A DNA stretch of 64,000 nt. It comes from an uncultured virus (IMG/VR IMGVR_UViG_3300043428_000060). Lineage: Duplodnaviria > Heunggongvirae > Uroviricota > Caudoviricetes. A program made the translations under genes and the position numbers. The notes beneath the pieces were generated by a model. That model made no database searches. It worked only from the letters and a program-made list of their open reading frames with translations, and had not been told where the DNA came from. How positions within the stretch are numbered: the first letter of the stretch is position 1; each line of letters starts with the position of its first letter. This document shows, one piece after another, positions 25,101-33,320 of the stretch. The DNA is taken from IMG/VR virus record IMGVR_UViG_3300043428_000060; one strand, written 5' to 3'.

Positions 25101-28100
25101 TCTTTGATCTTTATCATCAAGAGAATTTTTAAAGTCAACTAATTCTTTAGAATTAAAATCCCAATTATTTTCTTTTAATAAGAATAACATTGAATTAGTT
25201 ACCGCTGATTTAGAAAATTTAACATTACCTCTTTCAACTTGATTAGCAAAAGCGGTAGTCAATACGTCATCAATTTCTACACCTAATCTTTCTTGGTTTG
25301 TTATAAATGCATCGAATATAGGGCCTTGGTTTTCAAAATCATCTAATACAATATCAAAAGAAGCCTCTTCTGCAATTGCTTTAGCTAATGATTCTTTTCT
25401 ACCTCTTATAGGATTGCCAGATGGTTCTAGGACATTACTTAAAAAGTCTTCATTAGAAACATTGTTTGCAACATTAGGTAATCTTCTAACAAGCTCAGCT
25501 CCTGAAGTTCTACCTGCATTATCAGTTGAAACAGATTCTCTATCTATTTTCTTACCAACCCAATCAGGATAATTAGTCCACTTACCGTCAATTTGTTTTT
25601 GAATAGCTTGCGGTATACCTCCTTTGCCATCTAATCCCATTAACCATGTTGTGGTCATGTTTTCAAGAATATATTTCTTATTCTTTAATAACCAATTTTT
25701 AAGTTGATTATCTTTTTTACCACCCATTGCGGTTTTAACGTCAATATCAACTTGCTTGCCAATTTCATCTCTAATTTCAGCAATTAATGGCGTAACAGTT
25801 CTATTTATAGATACAGGTGCGTCAATTTTAGATTTCAACGTTCTAACAACGCTTAATATCTTTTTATTAATTGTTTCAAGAGCTTCTTTGCTAAAAACTT
25901 TTGATTCTAATGCGTTTGCATACTTTGGTTTTTCTTTTACCTCAGAAACAGTTTCTTCAGCCATTAAAGCTTTTTCTTCTGTAACATCTTTACTAAATTC
26001 TTTACCAAGTAATCTTTTTGAAGTAGCAATTGCTCGTACTGGTAAATACTTATTAATATAAGCAGCCAATGGAACTCCAGATTCAGGATTGTATTTTGTT
26101 ATTAAATCTAAAATACCACCTACACCTGTTTCAATCTCATCTGTTAATAGTTCTCTATCAAAATCAGGGGCGTCTCTACGTTTATCTACTATTTTTTTAG
26201 TAATAGGTTTAAATAGATCTATAATATCCTGAGCTCCTTCTTTACCCTTTGTATCATATATTTTTTGAACTTTATCAGAAGCAACAGAAGATTTGTTTTC
26301 TTTTATTATTTCTTTTACTTCATCTTCCTCAGTTAAAATTTCTTTTTTAACTACAGGTTGCTCTGTTTTTAATTCAGATTCTTTTTTAAGAGCTGTTTTT
26401 ATTTTATTTTCGATGCTTTGTTTTTTAGGCAAGTATTCCTCCTCAGGCATGTCCCCATAACCCTCGTCATATTCTTCTTCTAAATCCGCAAGCTCTTGTT
26501 TAAATATTTCTGATTGTGTCTTAGACATTTTAGTAACACCAGATATATTTTCTCCCGCTTTTAATAAAGACTCGGCTCTTCCAGAAACTTTACCTTTATT
26601 TACAGTTTTAGCATACTCTTTAACAAAATTATAAATATCTCTACCATCTTCAAATTCAATGTTTTTAAATCCTTGTTTTACAAATATAGGTTTTAAAACA
26701 TTTTTCCATAATCCAACTAAAGTTTCCTTTACATTATCAGACCATTTTATATCGCCGTTTCTTAATAACTCAAAATATTGTGTTATATATTCATCAGGTG
26801 CATTCTCTAGTTCTTTAGCGGTATAAGCAAGCATTCTTTCATCAAGCTTTGCTCTTTCTGCTTTACTTAATACATTTAAAAAACTATCTTTTAATTCTAC
26901 TTTTTTTACCGGATCTGAAAATTCAGATTTAAGAATATTATGTAACAATTCATGAGAAGCTACATTCAACGCTTTTACTTCAGCAGCTCTTTGTTTATTT
27001 ATAAGTATTTGACCATTAGGCAAAACAAATCCATCAGTTTTAGTTATATCTTCCGATGCTTTATTATTTTCTGCCGCCCATTTATCATAAGCTGATTGAG
27101 CATCCTCAGCTGTTTCAAATACTTCAAATGATTTTCCTTCCCCTAAAGGATTTTTATAAGATTTTGCTCCTTCTTTATCAACAACACTAGTTAATGCACT
27201 CACTTCTTCTTCGATTTTTTGTTTAGAAGCTTTAGTGGTTATTTCAGAAATTTTAGCATTTATAGCTTTAACTTCTTCATTTTGGAATGATGTTAATGTT
27301 GGATCATCTACTGCTTTTATAGTTGAGTTTAATTTATCTCTTTGCTTTAATAAATTAATAACTTCAATATTATCAACTTCGGACATATTAAGGCTTTTTA
27401 CCTTATTAGCAGCATGATATGTAAATGCAAATTCTTTTTTAATGTCTTCCCCTTGTTCTGGAGTAATCTTATCTGAATTAATATCAAAATCAATTTGATC
27501 ATTCAGTATTTTATATGAATTTGGTATTGTTGCAATATTAATTTGCTCTTTTGTAACGGGAGTTATTGGATTAAAAACCTCAGGTAAATTATTTACATTT
27601 GTATTTTTTAATTCCTTATTAACTTTATAGGTCGTTAAACCTTTTTTGAATCCTTGTATACCTTTTTGCAAATTTACAGGAGATCCCCATACGCTACCTC
27701 CACCAACACCGGCTATGAAAGAATCTGTTACATTTTCAAATGCAGGCTTTTTGGATATTAAATTTTGAGTTATAGTTGTAGCAACCTCTTCTAATCCTTC
27801 ACCAACCATTGCAGTTGGAGCGCCGTATTTTTTTAGCGCAGTTTCATAAGCAGAAACAAGCCCGTCTTTGAATATTTTAGACCCAACCTCAGTCCCTTCT
27901 TTCTTTACAATATCCTTATAAACTTTACCAAGACTACCTTCCCCAATTGCTGAAAATACACTTTCCGCTGCTGCCATTCCAAAACCGGTAACAACATTTT
28001 CTATTTCAGATTGATTAGGATTTTCTTCCGCAATCTTTCTTGATTCTGGACCAGCCATTAAACCAGTAGATGCAGCTGCTAATTTACCAAGACCCATATT

Positions 28101-29150
28101 TGCACCGCCAATCATCATAGCAATGCTCACAGGCGCACTCTCAGCAATTCCAGTGCCTAATAATTTAAAAGCATCACTCCAATTACCATTAGATATATTT
28201 TCAGAAATGCTAGCAGAGTCATAGTTAGCACTGTCATATATATTATTATTTTTTTGTATTTTCTTTTGCTCCTCAACAAAATGATCCATTAATGGATTTG
28301 AAGTTCCTGTTAATTTTTTTAATTTTTCAGGCGTGGCTTCTAAATCTTTGTTGTCTGTTATAGAAGCTATTATATTTTGAGGTAATGCAAATACACGATA
28401 AACTGTTTCTGGAATAGAAGCAAAAGATTCTCCAACATAATTTGCGCCGCCGGCAATACCATTTATAAATCTATCTACATAAGATGCTTGCTCAATACCT
28501 TTCTTTTTTTCAGCAGCCTTAGACAATATTTCTTGTGATTTTAATTCTATATCTTTTGGAGATAAAGAATATGATTCACCTATTTTTATATTACTTTGTA
28601 GTAAGTCCGCCGCTTTATTATCTAACGATAATTTCTGTTCCGGTGTTAATTTAGAATAATTAAAATTATCAAAAGTATCAAACACTTCATTTGCTACTTT
28701 TTCTTCTGCTTTTTTCTTTTTAACTCCAGTTGCTTCAATATTTTTTTCGCCTTTTGTATAAAATCCTTCCGTTTTATCGGTAGCCATGTCTTTAGCAAAT
28801 TTCTTTGCATTAAATTTGACTTCTTTTTTTGGTTGAATTTTAGCTGCTTCAAGACTATTTTTTGTAATATTTAAAGGATCAAATATATTTACTTTACCAA
28901 AAGGATTATCTTGTGATACCGATGAAGATTTTACCGATTTGGATGCCGTATTTTTTGGTCCCGCTACAGTTGCATCCTTTACCGCAACGGGTTTTTTCTT
29001 TCCCGGTCCTTCTGCAGGTGTTTCTTTGCTATTTTTAGACAGTCCATTTTTTTCAATGATGTCTTCAAATGTAGTATCATTTTCTTCAGCCGCTTGATTT
29101 ACTTCGTCTATTGTATATAAATGTCCGTCTTTGCTAATATAATCTGCCAT
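22116..29150 (-). CDS. giant internal virion/ejection protein; polyvalent (zincin peptidase, sigma-like domain, PD-(D/E)XK nuclease)
   Basis: 2344 aa, last gene of the structural arm after the GNAT and two internal-protein genes; HELLH at aa 733, sigma region-2-like aa ~970-1048, PD..ELK motif at aa ~1380-1435. Confidence 0.8.
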   Translation of the reverse strand: MADYISKDGHLYTIDEVNQAAEENDTTFEDIIEKNGLSKNSKETPAEGPGKKKPVAVKDATVAGPKNTASKSVKSSSVSQDNPFGKVNIFDPLNITKNSLEAAKIQPKKEVKFNAKKFAKDMATDKTEGFYTKGEKNIEATGVKKKKAEEKVANEVFDTFDNFNYSKLTPEQKLSLDNKAADLLQSNIKIGESYSLSPKDIELKSQEILSKAAEKKKGIEQASYVDRFINGIAGGANYVGESFASIPETVYRVFALPQNIIASITDNKDLEATPEKLKKLTGTSNPLMDHFVEEQKKIQKNNNIYDSANYDSASISENISNGNWSDAFKLLGTGIAESAPVSIAMMIGGANMGLGKLAAASTGLMAGPESRKIAEENPNQSEIENVVTGFGMAAAESVFSAIGEGSLGKVYKDIVKKEGTEVGSKIFKDGLVSAYETALKKYGAPTAMVGEGLEEVATTITQNLISKKPAFENVTDSFIAGVGGGSVWGSPVNLQKGIQGFKKGLTTYKVNKELKNTNVNNLPEVFNPITPVTKEQINIATIPNSYKILNDQIDFDINSDKITPEQGEDIKKEFAFTYHAANKVKSLNMSEVDNIEVINLLKQRDKLNSTIKAVDDPTLTSFQNEEVKAINAKISEITTKASKQKIEEEVSALTSVVDKEGAKSYKNPLGEGKSFEVFETAEDAQSAYDKWAAENNKASEDITKTDGFVLPNGQILINKQRAAEVKALNVASHELLHNILKSEFSDPVKKVELKDSFLNVLSKAERAKLDERMLAYTAKELENAPDEYITQYFELLRNGDIKWSDNVKETLVGLWKNVLKPIFVKQGFKNIEFEDGRDIYNFVKEYAKTVNKGKVSGRAESLLKAGENISGVTKMSKTQSEIFKQELADLEEEYDEGYGDMPEEEYLPKKQSIENKIKTALKKESELKTEQPVVKKEILTEEDEVKEIIKENKSSVASDKVQKIYDTKGKEGAQDIIDLFKPITKKIVDKRRDAPDFDRELLTDEIETGVGGILDLITKYNPESGVPLAAYINKYLPVRAIATSKRLLGKEFSKDVTEEKALMAEETVSEVKEKPKYANALESKVFSKEALETINKKILSVVRTLKSKIDAPVSINRTVTPLIAEIRDEIGKQVDIDVKTAMGGKKDNQLKNWLLKNKKYILENMTTTWLMGLDGKGGIPQAIQKQIDGKWTNYPDWVGKKIDRESVSTDNAGRTSGAELVRRLPNVANNVSNEDFLSNVLEPSGNPIRGRKESLAKAIAEEASFDIVLDDFENQGPIFDAFITNQERLGVEIDDVLTTAFANQVERGNVKFSKSAVTNSMLFLLKENNWDFNSKELVDFKNSLDDKDQRYYTDFRKKWIRRVSNLLDEYKRIWESNAGVKFEAEAFNKLRKFSKNNPDFILNEAAPDKFNSRNPDLVYRVGKDGRNVIVELKADKTAPHGSTSNSNLLGDEIIFTKGFDGDTEMKSKMKDNESRQKALEYLKSNNLSKDGNSLIVSNEVWNNVKGEKTGPSMVITPKTLAQINVGKDIIHIQGNGSFTYEGSNTGELAKVPLINGNMYVYSRITSVASGKNRRIIERLFFQLGNNWDQKSDYNLIDNPEEFVNDSIKFSKTISPKFNKIIEENKGVEDYKSFSDIVARRRGIGKNKFDFYVPASAADFELLLYNFIGKGAKGEEQKKFFADTLLKPYANGNDLMDAARQSIKKEYKQLLNEFPDVAKKIEKRTPDGDFTYDQAIRVAMWNEEGVDIPGLSQRDSNKLTTLVNSDPELKAFKDSLIVTGRQGRGWIKPEQYWDANTIITDLHNLTEGEGRKKFLSEFIANAEEMFGKFENGKLVGPNINKVEAVYGTDVREALEDVLYRMITGKNKSFGKDKETSAWANWVSGSTGAIMFLNVRSAALQLIGAVNFLNLRDNNPYAAAKAFANQKQYWEDFATIWNSDKMKERRGGLKEDVAAAEIANAAEGSKNKVGAILSYLLKIGYTPTQMADSFAIASGGAPFYRNRIKSYLKEGMTEQEAEEAAWDDFTKVSDETQQSGDPRDISKQQASPAGRLLLTFQNTAMQQSRIVKKAVLDLKNGRGDAKTNFAKIAYYVAIQNTMFAVLQQGLFAVAFGDDDEDKEKSDKEKKLDDKLFDVADGVIDTILRGTGFVGGIVATVKNMAKKYLDERDKKFKADYAKVVLEAANLSPPIGSKLRKLYSGLQQTKFDKDLIEARGWDVTQDGRVNLSPSYGVAGKVVEATTNVPMDRLVTKINNASEALNSQNTAMQRIMVGLGWSPYSAGIEDSAGDKKIREEAKAKRKIEGVEKAKETRERTKDSIRSLPLAERIKLKRQAVADRREKRRRRKMG

Positions 29151-29162
29151 AAATATTTAATT

Positions 29163-30605
29163 TTATTTTCCTTTTAACTTAGGTTTTTCTTCTTTTTTAT
29201 ATCCAATAAACGTCGCTAATTCCGTAGGTTGTGTTATACCTTCAGTTCCAAACATTTGATCACCTTGGCGGTTAAAAATACCCCAACGGCCATCCATTTT
29301 ATCTAATCTCCATCCCCCAGGGCCCAACACTCTACCTTTACCAGCTTTAGCCACTTTTTCAACTTCTCTTTGGAATTCAAGTTGAGATTTTTCACGAGCA
29401 CCTAATTTAGGAGCAGATGTGCCATTGCCTTTTGTTGAGCTTGCGGTTTTTTCAGCTTTAATTCTTTGCGGTTCTCCAGAAATCCAAATATCTTGACCAT
29501 CATTTGTTTTTCTAAATTTCTTAGTCATATTACCAACAGCTTTTTCTGTCAAAAGTTTAGCTAATGCTGCTTGTTGAACTTCAGGAGCCTGATCTCTAGG
29601 AAATACTTTTTCGTAATAACCTTCACCCATCCCTAATGACCAGTTAACTAATGACCACATATCTGTAGGCTTGTTTGCCTTTAAATAACCAGCAGCCTTA
29701 ATATCTGCTTTCTTATATATCTCACCTCTAACAGCTTCTAAATCTAATTTTCTAGCTTTAGCTAATCTATATCCGTCTCCTAAATTAACATCTTGTTCAC
29801 TGCCATCTATAAAATTATCATATATTTTACCGGATTTGGAGTCAAGAACGGTTTTAGTGGCATCGTCAAAAAATTCATTTGTATTTTCTACTTTATAAAG
29901 TAAACCACCATTACCATTATCATCGGAATTTAAATAATCCGATGCATTGATAGAAGTTTTAAATTCAGTATCTTCACCTTTTCTTTTGCCAAAGAATTCA
30001 ACATCAAATGTATCACCTTTGTCAATCAATTTAACGCCGTGTGATTCAAAGTTGCCTGTTCTTTTGCACATAATATCTAAAGCAGAAGTTCTATCTCTAC
30101 GTTTAGTCTCATCACCTGTAACGGCCCATCCGCCCGGAACATTCATTGCAATTGCGCTAGTGTCTCCGTAAGTAGCTGCTTCCATTCCAAATCCTTTTCC
30201 AGCCTTAGCGGCAACATCCATAAACTTATTTGCATTAGTTATATGTTTTAGATATTCCTCTCTTTTAGCAGGATCAGTTTCCATTGTCAATGCAATTTTA
30301 GCGTCCGCTGCCATTTTTATTTTGCCCTGCAGCATAGATCTAATTTGAGAACTAATATCACTATTATCTGAAGGATTTTTAATTTCCCAATCAGATAGTT
30401 TTTCGCTATAGTAAAGATCTGTTTTATTTTTTTCTTCTTGTATTTTTTGAATACTAAGTTTTCTTTGTTTTTCTTCTTCTCTTCTGTCTTCGCCTCTTTT
30501 AATCAATGCTTTAGATACAGAATCTGCCGCATCCATAATACCAGCTGTGATTTTGTCAGCGCCGGGATTAAGATTTATTATAGGTGGATTTTCGTAATAC
30601 CCCAT
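29163..30605 (-). CDS. internal virion/ejection protein
   Basis: Position equivalent to T7 gp15; helical, charged. Confidence 0.6.
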   Translation of the reverse strand: MGYYENPPIINLNPGADKITAGIMDAADSVSKALIKRGEDRREEEKQRKLSIQKIQEEKNKTDLYYSEKLSDWEIKNPSDNSDISSQIRSMLQGKIKMAADAKIALTMETDPAKREEYLKHITNANKFMDVAAKAGKGFGMEAATYGDTSAIAMNVPGGWAVTGDETKRRDRTSALDIMCKRTGNFESHGVKLIDKGDTFDVEFFGKRKGEDTEFKTSINASDYLNSDDNGNGGLLYKVENTNEFFDDATKTVLDSKSGKIYDNFIDGSEQDVNLGDGYRLAKARKLDLEAVRGEIYKKADIKAAGYLKANKPTDMWSLVNWSLGMGEGYYEKVFPRDQAPEVQQAALAKLLTEKAVGNMTKKFRKTNDGQDIWISGEPQRIKAEKTASSTKGNGTSAPKLGAREKSQLEFQREVEKVAKAGKGRVLGPGGWRLDKMDGRWGIFNRQGDQMFGTEGITQPTELATFIGYKKEEKPKLKGK

Positions 30606-30629
30606 TATTTATATTTTTTATATAGTTTA

Positions 30630-31373
30630 TTATTTACCGCCCGCTAATAATCCAGCACCAATACTACCAACTGCACTTGCTGCAGCTCCATAAGCAGCAT
30701 TTTGTGATTGTTTTGCAGAAGCTGCATTAGCTTGTGATTGCGCTTGTTGACCAGACAATCTATTTAGTTTAGATATATCTCTAGATTCTTGCTCACCATA
30801 TTTGAATTTGGTTCCTTCAATTTCAGCTTGCTGTAATCTCTGAGCCTCACTCATTTGTAAATTTTGTAGCCTTTGCTCTTCAGCCATTTTCAATTGTTGC
30901 ATTTGAGCTTGTCCGTCTGCTTTTAATTTTTCATTATCAGCCTCTTGTTTCTCAATACTAGCAGAAACTCCTTTTTTGCTTTGTAATGCTGCTTGTGCCA
31001 AAGCAGTCGCGCCACCAGCGCCTGATCCAGTTGCTCTTAATGTATCTAAAGTATTAGCTAATGATATATCCGCTTCTTCTATTTGCATCTCAGCAGCTTT
31101 AGTAGATACTCCAATATTTGCATAAGGATTACTAATCATTCCGCTAAGGTTTTTAGCCATAACACTTACATCCTTAACATTTTCATAAGGATTTGGAATA
31201 GCTTGTCTATTCTTTTCTAGTTCAGAAATCTCCCATTGCTTACGCTCAGCTTCATTTCTAAAACCTTTAGCTGCTTGTTTAGATTGATTTGCTGAAATTA
31301 GACTACCTCCAACAGACGCTGCCGCAGAAGCCCCCGCTACTATTAATGCTGTTGATGCTGATATTACTGCCAT
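30630..31373 (-). CDS. internal virion/ejection protein (pilot-like)
   Basis: Ala/Gly-rich hydrophobic ends with a Gln-rich coiled coil. Confidence 0.65.
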   Translation of the reverse strand: MAVISASTALIVAGASAAASVGGSLISANQSKQAAKGFRNEAERKQWEISELEKNRQAIPNPYENVKDVSVMAKNLSGMISNPYANIGVSTKAAEMQIEEADISLANTLDTLRATGSGAGGATALAQAALQSKKGVSASIEKQEADNEKLKADGQAQMQQLKMAEEQRLQNLQMSEAQRLQQAEIEGTKFKYGEQESRDISKLNRLSGQQAQSQANAASAKQSQNAAYGAAASAVGSIGAGLLAGGK

Positions 31374-31374
31374 A

Positions 31375-31782
31375 TTATGCTATTTTTTTTGATATTTCAT
31401 ACGATGGATTATCATCCACAGTATACCCTAATTCTTTATGTATGTTTAATAATCCTTTGTTTCTACCCACGCTTAATACTATTTTATATCCAGCGCTTAT
31501 AGCTACATCTTCTAATCCTTGAACAATCATTTTTAAACATTCTGATCTATCGTCTTCTCTATAATTAGGATCCGATATAATCCATTCTGTCCAAGCAACC
31601 TTAGCATTCGTAAGGTACAAAAACCCTGAAGCTATAGGTTTGCTATCTTTTTCAACAATCAGCCCTCCTAAGCCGTCTAAAGGCATTAGATCTTTACTCA
31701 TTTCCGGCCAGCCCCATGCTTTCCACCAACTTTGTAAAGTTTCCCAATCTGATTCTTTTAATGATCTTAATTTTAATTCCAT
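31375..31782 (-). CDS. GNAT-fold protein (position of T7 gp13)
   Basis: LRSLKESDW...AWTEWIISDPNYR...HKELGY. Confidence 0.7.
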   Translation of the reverse strand: MELKLRSLKESDWETLQSWWKAWGWPEMSKDLMPLDGLGGLIVEKDSKPIASGFLYLTNAKVAWTEWIISDPNYREDDRSECLKMIVQGLEDVAISAGYKIVLSVGRNKGLLNIHKELGYTVDDNPSYEISKKIA

Positions 31783-31803
31783 TTAATTTGATTTTATTTA
31801 ATT

Positions 31804-33273
31804 TTAGAATACTGAGTAATCAAAGTTACAAGATGCAGCAAATAATTCTTTAGCGCCACCAACATCTGTCGCATTGTCTAAAGACATATCAACAACAGCA
31901 AAATAACCTTTAATTCCTGATATTTCATTTCCAAAAGAAATTTCTTCTGGATTTGGCTCACTCTTATTCATAAGTACAGCCATATATTTATTTTCTTTTC
32001 TATCGAATCCAGCTCTATTTATTGGAGGATACAATGTACTTGGATACGAATTACCGTAATCATCATAAGCTCCCGTCATATAACTAAATACTGCAGGTGT
32101 AGTTAATACACCAACGACGTCTTGAGTGCTTATATAACCAGAGTTCAAATAATCAGGTCCGGTTAAATCCGATCTAAACGAATCAACTTGCCATCCATTT
32201 GCTCCTTCGTAATTTATTGTTTTAAATACTTTAACATTACTAGGCGCTTCGTTAAAAACAAATCTTATAGTAGAATTATATTGAACTCCGTAGAAATTAC
32301 CTCTTGTATTAGCGGCTTCATTATAGTGAACCCAAAGTCTACCTTTATTTAAAGTATAAAATTTACTTTTTAAACTTAATATTTGTGAAGGTATAAAAGA
32401 ATAAAAACTAGTAAAGCCATTAGCATCATCACTGAATCCTAATGTTTTATCTTGTTTGTATTGATCCGGTGTAGCGGCTGATGATTGTGTAGATAATACA
32501 TATTGTTTGTTATGTGTATCCCATCCTCCAATTACTTTCCCAGGACCATAAGTTGCGGTATCTATATTACTAAATTCATCTCTAAAGTAATCAGTCATAC
32601 CGTATTGTGATATTTCTGTTATACCGTCTTGAGATAATCTAAGAACCGCATTTCTATTTCTATCAGTAAAGTATTTTCTATACCCATAGACAGCAAAACT
32701 ACCAGGGTCTTGACTAATGCCATAAGTACCAGCGTAAGCTTGTGTTTGTCCAATTACAACATTAGATGATGTAACTGTACCCGCTCCTTCCGCTGAATAT
32801 ATTGCATCTTTATCTATCAATGCTCTGCTTACTTTATTCTCTTGAAATATAATTAAGTTAGTATCTTCAGCATATAATTTTTGAATTGAACCATTTGCTG
32901 GATCTAGTCCTTTAGTTATCTCTTCTCCAGAAGAAAATTGATTTGTATTATTAACACCTGTTCTTGAATTGAATAATCCAGAATATATTAAAGCACTTGA
33001 TCTAATAGCCGCGGTGTTTGTTGCGTCTACTATATATGCTTTAACACCAAAATCAACCGTTAGATTATTATACCCTCCTCTTATTCTAGCTTCTTCAATA
33101 AACCATTCTTTTGTAGTACTCGGAACAACAGTAGATATTGGATAACCAGTATTGTCACCATCTATAGTAGTAGGTATACCGAAAGATCCACCCCAAACAG
33201 GGGTGTTTCCTCCAGCGAATACTTTCTTTAATATGAATGTGTTAAAATATTTTACTTCTACAACTGCTGCCAT
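31804..33273 (-). CDS. tail/stabilisation (nozzle-like) protein, C-terminal part
   Basis: Beta-rich; GSIQKL, YGIS..P.SF, YFTD...VLRLSQDG motifs. Confidence 0.65.
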   Translation of the reverse strand: MAAVVEVKYFNTFILKKVFAGGNTPVWGGSFGIPTTIDGDNTGYPISTVVPSTTKEWFIEEARIRGGYNNLTVDFGVKAYIVDATNTAAIRSSALIYSGLFNSRTGVNNTNQFSSGEEITKGLDPANGSIQKLYAEDTNLIIFQENKVSRALIDKDAIYSAEGAGTVTSSNVVIGQTQAYAGTYGISQDPGSFAVYGYRKYFTDRNRNAVLRLSQDGITEISQYGMTDYFRDEFSNIDTATYGPGKVIGGWDTHNKQYVLSTQSSAATPDQYKQDKTLGFSDDANGFTSFYSFIPSQILSLKSKFYTLNKGRLWVHYNEAANTRGNFYGVQYNSTIRFVFNEAPSNVKVFKTINYEGANGWQVDSFRSDLTGPDYLNSGYISTQDVVGVLTTPAVFSYMTGAYDDYGNSYPSTLYPPINRAGFDRKENKYMAVLMNKSEPNPEEISFGNEISGIKGYFAVVDMSLDNATDVGGAKELFAASCNFDYSVF

Positions 33274-33282
33274 ATAATTATT

Positions 33283-33307
33283 ATTACTTATTTATAAGCA
33301 TGTTTAC
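33283..33307 (-). promoter_or_regulatory. class II (late) phage promoter motif
   Basis: GTAA-N15-AGTAAT on the minus strand. Confidence 0.65.
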
Positions 33308-33320
33308 CATACCTTTTTTA

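Noticed and set aside
22116..29150. Virion RNA polymerase as in crAss-like or N4 phages
   Set aside because: No DxDxD-type catalytic motif in a polymerase context and no single-subunit polymerase motifs recognised
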